Source: an uncultured Pirellula sp. (GTDB taxonomy: Bacteria; Planctomycetota; Planctomycetia; Pirellulales; Pirellulaceae). Taken from it: 64,000 nucleotides of DNA. Position 1 is the first letter of the stretch. Each line of letters starts with the position of its first letter. Of this stretch, positions 53,865 to 62,732 are shown one piece after another. The position numbers and the translations under genes were made by a program. The notes beneath the pieces were generated by a model that was given only the letters and a program-made list of their open reading frames with translations, did no database searches and was not told where the DNA came from. The stretch covers positions 18,780 through 82,779 of the forward strand of contig CAZACJ010000001.1 in the NCBI GenBank assembly GCA_964483385.1, given 5' to 3'.

Positions 53865-55697
53865 TTAGAGTCTTGTTTCAAGTTCTTCGAGGCGTGCATA
53901 GGCAGCGAGGAGTTCGGCGTCGAGTTGTTCCATTTTTTTTGCGTCGGCAGCGAGGGTGCTGGCGGGAGCCTTGAAGTAATCGGGGTCCGCCATTTTTTGG
54001 TGCAGTTCGGCTTGTTGAGATTCGATGGAATCGATTTGTGATGGGAGGCGATCTAGTTCTTGTTTTTCTTTGTAGGAGAGTTTTGGTTTTGCGTTGGCAT
54101 TTGACGTAGTTGTTTGGGTGTTAGGTAGTGATTTCGCGGGGGGCTTGGTGGGCGTATGTTTTGCGTCTTCTGCGGCTTGGTTTTTGCGTTGCCGGATCCA
54201 GTCATCGTATCCACCGACGACTTCTTTGATGCCGTTTGGTTCGAAGACAATAAGGCTGGTGACAACGTTATTTAGGAACGCGCGGTCGTGGCTGACGACG
54301 ATAAGGGTTCCGTCGTAGTCGACGAGTCTTTCTTCGAGGAGTTCGAGGGATTCGGCGTCGAGGTCATTGGTTGGTTCGTCCATGACCAAGAGGTTTGCGG
54401 GTTGCGCGAAGAGTTTTGCGAGGAGGAGTCGATTGCGTTGTCCACCTGAGAAGTACTGTATTTTTGAGCGAGCTTCTTCGGGTGTAAATAGGAACTCTTG
54501 GAGATAGCCGATAACGTGTTTTGTGCGTCCTTGGACGGTGACGCTTGTACGTCCGACACCGACATTTTCTTCAGCGGTTTTTGTGGGGTCGAGGACATCT
54601 CGGTTTTGATCGAAATAAGCGATTTGCAGTTTGGTGCCATGTCGAAGGGAGCCGTGTGGAAGAGTTTCGGACTTCATGGGTTGCAATTCCCCGAGGAGTC
54701 CTTTGAGGAGCGTTGATTTACCGGCACCATTTCGACCGAGGATACCGATTTTATCGCCGCGCATGATGGTCAGGTCGACGGGAGGCACGATGACTTTATC
54801 GTTGTAGCCGAAAGCGGCTTGTTTTAGTTCGCAGACGAGCATTCCGCTTCGTTCACCTTCGTCGATATTGAGTTGGATTGAGCCAACTTTTTTGGGTCGC
54901 GATGCGCGTTCGAGTCGCATGGCTTCGAGTCGTCGCACGCGACCTTCGTTTCGTGTGCGTCGGGCTTTGATGCCGGTGCGTATCCAGACTTCTTCTTGCG
55001 CGAGTTTTTTGTCGAAGAGTGCGTCTTGTTTTTCTTGGGCGATGAGTTGTTGTTCTTTTCGGTCGAGGAAGGTTGGGTAGTCGCATTCCCAGTCGAAGAG
55101 TTTTCCGCGATCGATTTCGAAGATGCGCGAGGCGATTTTGGTGAGGAAGGCGCGGTCGTGGGTTACGAAGATGAGTGTGGCGGGGAACCCGCTGAGGAAG
55201 GTTTCGAGCCAGGTGATCGAGTCGATATCGAGGTGGTTGGTCGGTTCATCGAGGAGCAGTACATCGGGGTTCGCAACGATTGCTTTTCCGAGCAGGACTC
55301 TGCGTTTCATTCCGATGGAGAGGGGTGCGAAATCGGATTGCAGGTTGAGTTGCAGTTGTGCTTCGACTCGTTCGATCGCTTGGGTTTTTTTCCAGTGGTT
55401 TTCGGGGAGTTCGAGTTCTGGAGGGAGACCGGATTCGAGGATTTGCAAGACGTTTCCATTAGTATCCGGCGGGACGTCTTGGGGAACAAACGCGATTTTG
55501 GTTCCCGATTCGATTTCGATGGAACCGGTTTCGGGTCGTTCGAGGCCGAGTAGCAAGCGCATCAGGGTGGTTTTTCCTGCACCATTGCGACCGAGGAGGC
55601 CAATTTTATCTCCTCGATTGATCCGTGCAGAGACGTGATTTAGTAAGAGAGGTCCGCGGAATCCGACGGACAGGTCATCGAGTGTAATCTGAGGCAT
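53865..55697 (-). CDS. uup: ABC-F ATPase with duplicated ATPase domains and C-terminal coiled coil (Uup)
   Basis: 610 aa. Two Walker A motifs GRNGAGKT/S, LLLDEPTNHLD, ARRTRNEGRVRRL linker, KLSYKEKQEL C-terminal domain. Confidence 0.92.
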   Translation of the reverse strand: MPQITLDDLSVGFRGPLLLNHVSARINRGDKIGLLGRNGAGKTTLMRLLLGLERPETGSIEIESGTKIAFVPQDVPPDTNGNVLQILESGLPPELELPENHWKKTQAIERVEAQLQLNLQSDFAPLSIGMKRRVLLGKAIVANPDVLLLDEPTNHLDIDSITWLETFLSGFPATLIFVTHDRAFLTKIASRIFEIDRGKLFDWECDYPTFLDRKEQQLIAQEKQDALFDKKLAQEEVWIRTGIKARRTRNEGRVRRLEAMRLERASRPKKVGSIQLNIDEGERSGMLVCELKQAAFGYNDKVIVPPVDLTIMRGDKIGILGRNGAGKSTLLKGLLGELQPMKSETLPHGSLRHGTKLQIAYFDQNRDVLDPTKTAEENVGVGRTSVTVQGRTKHVIGYLQEFLFTPEEARSKIQYFSGGQRNRLLLAKLFAQPANLLVMDEPTNDLDAESLELLEERLVDYDGTLIVVSHDRAFLNNVVTSLIVFEPNGIKEVVGGYDDWIRQRKNQAAEDAKHTPTKPPAKSLPNTQTTTSNANAKPKLSYKEKQELDRLPSQIDSIESQQAELHQKMADPDYFKAPASTLAADAKKMEQLDAELLAAYARLEELETRL

Positions 55698-55738
55698 TGT
55701 GCGATCGCGTAGTTGGATTCCGGCTTAATCTTTTGGGA

Positions 55739-56206
55739 TCATTCGTCGGTTGGTAGGGCGGAGCTATGGTCGTGGATGATTTTCCACTGCCCATCGAGTT
55801 TTTGCCATACCAACGAGAAATTCCCTTCGGTGGGTTTCACTTTTTCCAGTCGCCATTTTCCGAGGGTCAATGCGGCGGCTTGGCCGAGTTGGTAGGTTTC
55901 GAGTGAGGAGAATTCGAGAAGTCCCATGGAAGACTTGTCGGGATAGCGGGTTCGGTAGCGGTCGCGGGTTGCTTGCCAACCTCTGGTGGTTTTTCCGCCG
56001 GAGGAGAAAGTAAGGAGGTCTGAATTCCAATAGGCCTGCATGAACTTATCGATATCGCCTTGGTTCCAGGCATTTTTTTGCACATTGAGGATGTGATGGA
56101 GTTCAGTGGCGAGGGGGGAGGCGGTTGGTGTTTGTGGCTTTCGGGTGGTTGAGTCGATTAGGGTAAGGCAAAGGAGGGACACGAGGACGGTGTAGAGGAG
56201 TCGCAT
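55739..56206 (-). CDS. Exported NTF2/SnoaL-like (DUF4440) protein
   Basis: 155 aa. Signal peptide, AWNQGDIDKFM, GWQAT...RY, WKIIHDHSS. Confidence 0.85.
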   Translation of the reverse strand: MRLLYTVLVSLLCLTLIDSTTRKPQTPTASPLATELHHILNVQKNAWNQGDIDKFMQAYWNSDLLTFSSGGKTTRGWQATRDRYRTRYPDKSSMGLLEFSSLETYQLGQAAALTLGKWRLEKVKPTEGNFSLVWQKLDGQWKIIHDHSSALPTDE

Positions 56207-56396
56207 GGGAAGATTTCTGCTTAAATGGATAGAATTGTTGGGGAAGGTTAAAAGTGCGGGAACAAAAACCGGCTGTATCTTAACTGTTTGGCGGGCTGGG
56301 ATACTTTCGGAGGCGATGATTCTTTGTACACTTTGACGCTTTCGGAGAATGATTTCTCAGTCATAGTTAGCAGCATTTGTGCGAGGAGATAGTTCG

Positions 56397-57566
56397 GTGG
56401 CTTCTGGCAAGTATGTATTTACAAGTGAATCCGTTTCGATGGGACATCCTGACAAGCTTGCGGATCGGATTTCCGACAGCGTGCTTGATGCTCTCTTGGC
56501 ACAAGACCCGAAGAGCCGTGTGGCTTGCGAGACGGTCGTGACCACCGGTTTGGCGTTGATAGTTGGCGAAATCACCACGAAGGCCGTGGTGAACTACGCT
56601 GACGTCGTACGTGACGCGATAGTGGCTGTTGGCTACACGGACGATGAATGGGGCATCAGTGGTCGGACGTGCAACGTGATGGTTGCATTGGATCGTCAGA
56701 GCCCAGACATTGCGATGGGTGTTGACGACAACAGCGAGAAGGGCAAGGACATTGGTGCGGGTGACCAAGGTTTGATGTTCGGATATGCTTGTAACGACAC
56801 GCCGGAATTGATGCCATTGCCGATCGCTTTGGCGCACCGGATAACAAATCGTTTGACTGAAGCGCGATTTAAGAAAGAAGTTTCTTGGTTGCGTCCTGAT
56901 TCGAAGAGTCAAGTTTCGGTTAAGTATGAGGGGTACAAGCCCGTTGGCATCCACAACGTGGTTGTATCGACTCAGCATTCCCCGGATGTGACTCATGCGG
57001 AGATTTCCAAGTTTGTGAAGGAGTCGATTATTGCTCCTTGTTTGCCGTCGGCGATGAATACTTCGGACATCGAGTACCATATCAACCCAACTGGAAACTT
57101 TGTTGTTGGTGGACCGCACGGGGATAGTGGTTTGACGGGTCGAAAGATTATCGTTGACACTTACGGTGGTTGGGGGCGACACGGCGGTGGAGCTTTTTCG
57201 GGCAAGGATCCGACGAAGGTGGATCGTTCGGCGGCATACATGGCGCGTCACGTTGCAAAGAACATTGTGGCAGCCGGTTTGGCTGATCGTTGCGAAGTGC
57301 AGTTAGCGTATGCGATTGGGGTTAGCAAGCCGGTTAGTGTTCGCGTGGACACCCAGGAGTCGGGCAAGGTCGATGACGAGAAGATCTGCAAGGTAGTTCA
57401 AGAGTTCTTTGACTTGACCCCAAGCGGCATCATTCGTTACTTGGATCTCTTGCGACCGATTTATGTGAAGACGTCTTCGGGCGGTCACTTTGGACGCAAC
57501 GAACCTGAGTTCACTTGGGAGAATACCGATCGCGCTGGAGACTTGGCGAAGGCGGTACGCGGTTAG
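56397..57566 (+). CDS. metK: S-adenosylmethionine synthetase
   Basis: [63 protein letters not shown] start at 56397 with GAGGAG upstream. Confidence 0.98.
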   Translation: MASGKYVFTSESVSMGHPDKLADRISDSVLDALLAQDPKSRVACETVVTTGLALIVGEITTKAVVNYADVVRDAIVAVGYTDDEWGISGRTCNVMVALDRQSPDIAMGVDDNSEKGKDIGAGDQGLMFGYACNDTPELMPLPIALAHRITNRLTEARFKKEVSWLRPDSKSQVSVKYEGYKPVGIHNVVVSTQHSPDVTHAEISKFVKESIIAPCLPSAMNTSDIEYHINPTGNFVVGGPHGDSGLTGRKIIVDTYGGWGRHGGGAFSGKDPTKVDRSAAYMARHVAKNIVAAGLADRCEVQLAYAIGVSKPVSVRVDTQESGKVDDEKICKVVQEFFDLTPSGIIRYLDLLRPIYVKTSSGGHFGRNEPEFTWENTDRAGDLAKAVRG

Positions 57567-57600
57567 ACGCGATTGAATTTAGGTTTCCTAAAAACAACTG

Positions 57601-57634
57601 ACCTCGGCTTTTTTGAGAGCCGAGGTTTTTGTTT
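57601..57634 (+). terminator. Intrinsic terminator after metK
   Basis: ACCTCGGCT (57601-09) / AGCCGAGGT (57618-26) followed by TTTTGTTT. Confidence 0.8.
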
Positions 57635-57691
57635 GTAGGTTTGTTGTTATTGCACATTGGTGGTTCTTCTTTGGGAAGTGATTTACAGAGC

Positions 57692-58699
57692 ATGGCTTCC
57701 TCCATAGAAACACAGCGACCAGGACGGCGCGTGATGCGCATTGGTTGGGAAGTCTGTAAATGGATTTTGTTGGTAGGGATTTTGTTTTGGATTGCGTATC
57801 GCGTTCCGCAGCGGGATTGGGACATTCTGATTAGTCAGCCGAAGCACTATGGGTATTTGCTGGGTGCGTTTTGTTTAGTTTTTGTATCGAACGTTGTAAC
57901 GTTTTGGCGTTGGAAGCAGTTGTTGGATGCATTGGAGGTTCGATTTTCGATTTGGGAGGTGATACGGATTGGATTTTTGGGGGTCGCGTTGAGTTTGGTA
58001 AGTGTTGGAAGTGTGGGGGGAGATGTGTTTAAGGCGTTAGCGGCAGCGAATCGCAGTCGCGACCGCAAGACGGAGGTGGTTACCAGTGTTTTGGTGGATC
58101 GGGCGATTGGATTATTGGGATTGGTGTTGGTAGCTGCGATTGCGCTGAGCATTTCCTCGAATTTGTCTCCGCAGATGATAGGGATCCGAACGGGGGCTTG
58201 GGTATTGGGTTTGATTGGGCTTGGGGGGTTAACAGCGATTTGTTTTTTTGGGCGGAGCTTACCGACGGCTTGGGTTGCGAAGGTTCCCATGGTTGGAAGT
58301 TTATTGAAAAGGGTCTTGGAGTCTTGTTTGATATTCCAGGATCATCGGGGGTTAGCAGTGACGATGGTCGCATCTTCGTTGTTGGTGCATATCTTAGCGA
58401 CGGTAGCTTGTTGGTTTGTCTCGAGGGGGTTGTATGTTCTGAGTGCATCGGAGGTTGTTCCGACGGTACTTGAGCACCTTCAAGCGATTCCGCCGGCGTT
58501 AGCAGCAGCGACGCTACCGTTGACACCGGGAGGATTGGGGATGCAGGAATTGTGGATCGACGGGTTATTTCGTCAGTTACCCGGTGTGTCGAGCGAGTAT
58601 TCAGGGTTAGTGATGGCGACGATGTACCGAGTGATATTGATTTTGATAGCTGGGGTAGGTGGAGTGATTTACTTGTCTAGTGGTCGGGAAAAACCTTAG
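57692..58699 (+). CDS. Lysylphosphatidylglycerol synthase TM-domain (UPF0104) flippase-like protein
   Basis: Multi-TM protein with RWKQLL, GGDVFKA, SVLVDRAIGL, LPLTPGGLG, YRVI. Start uncertain (57692 or 57734). Confidence 0.8.
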   Translation: MASSIETQRPGRRVMRIGWEVCKWILLVGILFWIAYRVPQRDWDILISQPKHYGYLLGAFCLVFVSNVVTFWRWKQLLDALEVRFSIWEVIRIGFLGVALSLVSVGSVGGDVFKALAAANRSRDRKTEVVTSVLVDRAIGLLGLVLVAAIALSISSNLSPQMIGIRTGAWVLGLIGLGGLTAICFFGRSLPTAWVAKVPMVGSLLKRVLESCLIFQDHRGLAVTMVASSLLVHILATVACWFVSRGLYVLSASEVVPTVLEHLQAIPPALAAATLPLTPGGLGMQELWIDGLFRQLPGVSSEYSGLVMATMYRVILILIAGVGGVIYLSSGREKP

Positions 58700-58785
58700 G
58701 GTTTATACTGCAGGAGGACACGGTGGTGTCTCGACCAGGATCCATAGTTGGTAATCGAGTTGATTTAACGCAAGGGAGTTCAGTG

Positions 58786-59310
58786 ATGAGTAATCGCGAT
58801 AGCATAGTGGTCGGCAAGTGTGCGGTGTTTGCGAGGTGTTTACTTGCAATGGTTTTTACGATGCAGGGGAGTGTGGTACTGATGGCGCAGCAAGCGAGAG
58901 AGAACATGAAGGCATACCCGGCAGCGGGTGAGGGGATGAAGCGATTTGTGGTTTATTTGGCGGAGAAGCCGAATGAAGAGGATTACCGGGTGGAGGTTCA
59001 GGTGGGTAAAACAGTGGAGGTTGATGGAGCGAACCGACACTTTTTTGGTGGCAAGTTAGAGGAGGAGACGATCGAAGGGTGGGGATTCCCGAGGTATGTG
59101 GTCAAGGAATTGGGGCCGATGGCGGGGACTCGCATAGGAGTCGATCCCAATGCACCGAAGGTAAAGCGGTTTGTGGGGCTGGGTGGGGATCCGAGTTTAA
59201 TGCGATACAACAGCAAGTTACCGTTAGTGGTTTATGTTCCGGCGGGAGCGGAGGTTCGTGTGCGAGTTTGGAAAGCAGAGGATCATTCAACCATAGTGAA
59301 TGAAGGTTGA
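58786..59310 (+). CDS. eco: Ecotin serine-protease inhibitor (variant)
   Basis: YPAAGEGMKR, GKTVEVD, GGKLEEETIEGWG, RYNSKLPLVVYVP, VWKAE. ATG 58786 with AGGGAG upstream. Confidence 0.92.
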   Translation: MSNRDSIVVGKCAVFARCLLAMVFTMQGSVVLMAQQARENMKAYPAAGEGMKRFVVYLAEKPNEEDYRVEVQVGKTVEVDGANRHFFGGKLEEETIEGWGFPRYVVKELGPMAGTRIGVDPNAPKVKRFVGLGGDPSLMRYNSKLPLVVYVPAGAEVRVRVWKAEDHSTIVNEG

Positions 59311-59321
59311 GATCGCGGGGA

Positions 59322-59918
59322 TCATTTATTAGTGTTGTCGTCGGTGTTGGAATGTGGCTGGGGTGATGTTGACTTTGAGGGATCTTCTGGCAGCAGGATC
59401 GAGTAGATTCCCAGTAGGATGGCACCGACGACGAGAAGGCTATCGGCGATATTGAAGTTGGGCCAGGTGTATTCTGCGGTTGTGGATTTGTAGCGTAGAA
59501 GGACCCAGTCACGAACACCACCGGCGAATGGACCGGGTAGGTTGTGTAGGTTGAGGCGATCGTAGAGGTTACCTAGGATGCCGCCTGCGATAAGGCCCAT
59601 GATGATTGTCATCGGTAGCGATGTGCAGGCTTTGGCGGCAAAAAGCCAGATTGCGATGCCGCTGATGGCAAGGAGCGAGACGATCGCGAAGAGCCAGCCG
59701 AAGCCTTGGCCGAGGCCGAATAGTGCGCCTTGGTTGATGGCGGTTTCGATTCCGACGTAGCAACCAGCCATATTTTCGATCCACCAGGAGGGAGGTTGTT
59801 CACCGGGGAGTCCTTTGGTGTCGAAGACGAATTGTTTCGACCAAAGGTCTGCTGTGGTTCCCAGGCTAGTTAGGGAAACGAAGAGTAGTGCGCGTTGAGC
59901 GAAGGTAGCTGGGGTCAT
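59322..59918 (-). CDS. lspA: Lipoprotein signal peptidase II
   Basis: ADLWSK, NQGALFG, GGILGNLYDR, GVRDWV, WPNFNIADS. Start moved to ATG 59918 so that it does not overlap lptE. Confidence 0.93.
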   Translation of the reverse strand: MTPATFAQRALLFVSLTSLGTTADLWSKQFVFDTKGLPGEQPPSWWIENMAGCYVGIETAINQGALFGLGQGFGWLFAIVSLLAISGIAIWLFAAKACTSLPMTIIMGLIAGGILGNLYDRLNLHNLPGPFAGGVRDWVLLRYKSTTAEYTWPNFNIADSLLVVGAILLGIYSILLPEDPSKSTSPQPHSNTDDNTNK

Positions 59919-59937
59919 GCGAGCTTGATGGTGTGGA

Positions 59938-60549
59938 TTACCATCGGGTTTCCATTTGGTCGACGATATGGTTAGCGAGTCGTTCTGCGAGTCGTTGGAA
60001 GGAGGTTGCGACGGATTGGCCTGCTTCGGGGACGAAGTCATTTCGTTCTGCGAAGTAGTGCGTTGTTTCGCCGGGTGGAGCGAAGCGAGTCGAGACAAGG
60101 TCCATTCCGCGTCGGTCGGTCCATTTTAGTTCGATCGTGACAACATTTTCGAGGACTCGAGGCTCATCGGTATTGGTCTCACCGATTACGCGTTTCGAAT
60201 CGTTGGTCAATCGGATTTCCATGATAGAATCGGCGAGAGCCGCATCGGCGAGTTTGTACGGGGTGCGGCGTTCGATTTCTTTCTGGACGGCTTCGGTCAG
60301 TTGTACGCCGAGTTCTGGTCTGAAGCTATCGCTGCGCACGACGGGAACATTGATGGTTCGCACATCGTTGCGGTATAGGCTCCGTGTGCCGATACGATAG
60401 CCGAAGCAACCAGAAAGGGAGAGTAGCGATGCGGATACGATGAGTAGGCAACAGGTCCAGAGTCGATGGATTGGGGGCCGCATTTGGATCTGAGCGGCAG
60501 GAAGAGGATTCACTATGTGATTTAGTGTTGAGGGTTGCGACTCCATCAT
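59938..60549 (-). CDS. lptE: LPS assembly lipoprotein LptE-like
   Basis: 203 aa. Lipobox LSGC, then GYRIG..LY..VRTINVP, LTEAVQKEIE. ATGA overlap with the upstream gene's stop. Confidence 0.75.
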   Translation of the reverse strand: MMESQPSTLNHIVNPLPAAQIQMRPPIHRLWTCCLLIVSASLLSLSGCFGYRIGTRSLYRNDVRTINVPVVRSDSFRPELGVQLTEAVQKEIERRTPYKLADAALADSIMEIRLTNDSKRVIGETNTDEPRVLENVVTIELKWTDRRGMDLVSTRFAPPGETTHYFAERNDFVPEAGQSVATSFQRLAERLANHIVDQMETRW

Positions 60550-61930
60550 TTTCGGTTTACCGACTCTTCACTGCTGGCGGTACGAACTTGGGAGTCTGAC
60601 TCGTTTGGTTGTAGTGGGTTTATTGGGAGTTTTGGTTCCCGGCGTGTGATCAGAGCGCGTTTGGCTTGTGATTCTTGTTCGGTAGGTTTTAGCAGAGGGG
60701 TGACTTTATCGCGAGTTGGAAAAGCGTAGGTCATCCAGTGCATGTATGGTGTAGGGATAGCGGGTTTCCCATCGGCGTTATCGATCATTTCTTCTGCGCG
60801 TTGAGCGAAGGGGGTGTCTGGGTAGTTTTCGAGGATACGTTCGCAATAGAGGATAGCGGAGGCGTATTCATGTTTATTGTTTCTGTAGACGGCTTCTTCG
60901 TAGAGGCGTTCTGCTTTTCTGAATTTGACTTCGGCGATCATTTCGCCGATTTGTTCTCGTCGTTCGGAGGATTCCTTGGGGAATTGGCGAACGAGCTGAT
61001 TCAGGAATTTATCGGCTTGATCGAGTGGTTCTGCGGAGTATTGGGAGCCTTGGTAGGAGAGTAGTGAGGCTTTTGCGCCGAGGAAGTGAGCGTTGAATTG
61101 GTGGGGGCTATCGGTATAGACGGTGATAAGGTCTCGGTATCGATCGACAGCTTCGTTCCAATTTTCTCTTTTGAATTCGGTGTTAGCGATATCCATGGTG
61201 ACATCATCAGCGAGGTTACCGGTGGGGCTATCGAGGAGCAGTTTTTCCAGGACTCGTTTACCGTGATTTTCGGTGTCGTTGATGGGTCGTTTTTTGTCGG
61301 TGAAGTTTAGGTGATAGAATTTGTCGGGGAATTGCAGCCAGTAGTTACCGATTGCCAAGCGACGTTGGTCAACTCGGTCTTGGTAGCGAGTACGTGGGTA
61401 TTCTTTGATGAGTTTGACGTAGTATTTTTCTGCTTTGGTGTAGTCTTCTGCGAAGAAATACGATTCACCGGCCATAAAAAAAGCGTCTTGTTCGAGCGAG
61501 CTACTTTCCCAGTTTTTTGCGGCTTCTAAGTAAGTTTTAGCGGCGATACGAAATTTTTCTTGCCGAGCTTCAGCGTCATCTTGAGCGTTAAGTTCTGTTG
61601 CAGCCGTGTAGATTTCGTTGGCTTGTTGGAGTTTTTCGCGAGCGAGAGATTTGTTGATTTCGCGAGCGCCTAAGCCCGGGATTTTTCTAAAGATTTTTGG
61701 GACATCGGAGTTCAATTGTTTATCGGCGCGGGCACCTTCGGGGCGTACCCAGTTGCCTTCTTTGTCTTCGTACCCTTCGATAGCATTTTTTGCGCGAGCG
61801 TATTCATCCTCTTTTTTCCAAGGCGTGAGGCTTGCGCAGCCGCTGCAGAAGCACAGGAGTAGAGCCCAAATGGCGTAGCGTGGGAATTGGTTGTTTCGCT
61901 GTTGTGGTTCGCTTTTGGCGAACTCAAGTT
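60546..61930 (-). CDS. bamD: BamD-like TPR lipoprotein (outer-membrane assembly); start codon unresolved
   Basis: Lipobox LLLCFCSGC (Cys at 61836-61838) and TPR-like repeats (FMAGESYF..EDYTKAEKYY..LIKEYPRT). No ATG/GTG/TTG in frame between the recO stop and the lipobox. Confidence 0.7.
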
Positions 61931-62701
61931 TTAGCGTTTCAAGTCCTCGAGGTAGTCGAGCATTTTTAGGCGTCGATCTGCGTGGTATTGCAGAATGCTT
62001 TCGATGACCAATCGAAGTTCGGAGCGAACGATGTTCGGGAGTGGGTGGGGCAAGGGGGTAGGTTCTCTTACGAGTTCGTCGCCCAGGGAGGATTGGATCA
62101 GAATCTCGAGAGTTTTCTGTTGCATTCGCAGGGTCAGCTTTTGCGTGTGGGTGCATGACGGGCAGACGACACCTCCGCCAGCCGTGCTGAATGCAATCGT
62201 CGATCGATCGTTTTCTATTGCTTCGCCGCATGCCACACACCATTGCCAGCTTGGCAGATGGCCCAATCGTCGGATTGTATCTAGTTCAAAATGCAGGATT
62301 GTTTCGGCGGGGCTAGCACCGTTTTCGAGGAGTCGCAACGTTTGGCTTAGGGATAGCATCAAGCCTGGTATTGGTTGATGGTTTTCCGTCAGTGCGTTGA
62401 TAATTTCCCCGGCGTGGTAGCCGCAGTACAGGGGCAACAGCCCTGAGTGAGCACCTCGGAAACGCTTTTGGAGTTTGGCTTCCATGAGCAGGTCGAGGGA
62501 CTCACCCGATTTCAGCAGGAACACTAGGGAGGAGAGGGATAGAAGGTCAAGAGCAGATTCGAAGGGGCTTTTGAGTCGGCGGGCACCTTTGGCGAGAGCG
62601 CTGATTTTTCCGAAGGAGTCAGTAAAGACGGTGACGATGAGGCTCGTCTCGCTCCATTCGACGGATCGCAGGATAAGTCCATCGCTCTTTTCGAGTGTCA
62701 C
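61931..62701 (-). CDS. recO: DNA repair protein RecO
   Basis: 256 aa. SETSLIVTVFT..FGKISALAKGARRLKS, zinc motif CVACG...GGVVCPSC. GTG start. Confidence 0.93.
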   Translation of the reverse strand: MTLEKSDGLILRSVEWSETSLIVTVFTDSFGKISALAKGARRLKSPFESALDLLSLSSLVFLLKSGESLDLLMEAKLQKRFRGAHSGLLPLYCGYHAGEIINALTENHQPIPGLMLSLSQTLRLLENGASPAETILHFELDTIRRLGHLPSWQWCVACGEAIENDRSTIAFSTAGGGVVCPSCTHTQKLTLRMQQKTLEILIQSSLGDELVREPTPLPHPLPNIVRSELRLVIESILQYHADRRLKMLDYLEDLKR

Positions 62702-62732
62702 TGCGGTACCTTATTGGATCGGTTTAGGATTG

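Noticed and set aside
56207-56396. SAM riboswitch upstream of metK
   Set aside because: No SAM-I core motifs or leader terminator visible.
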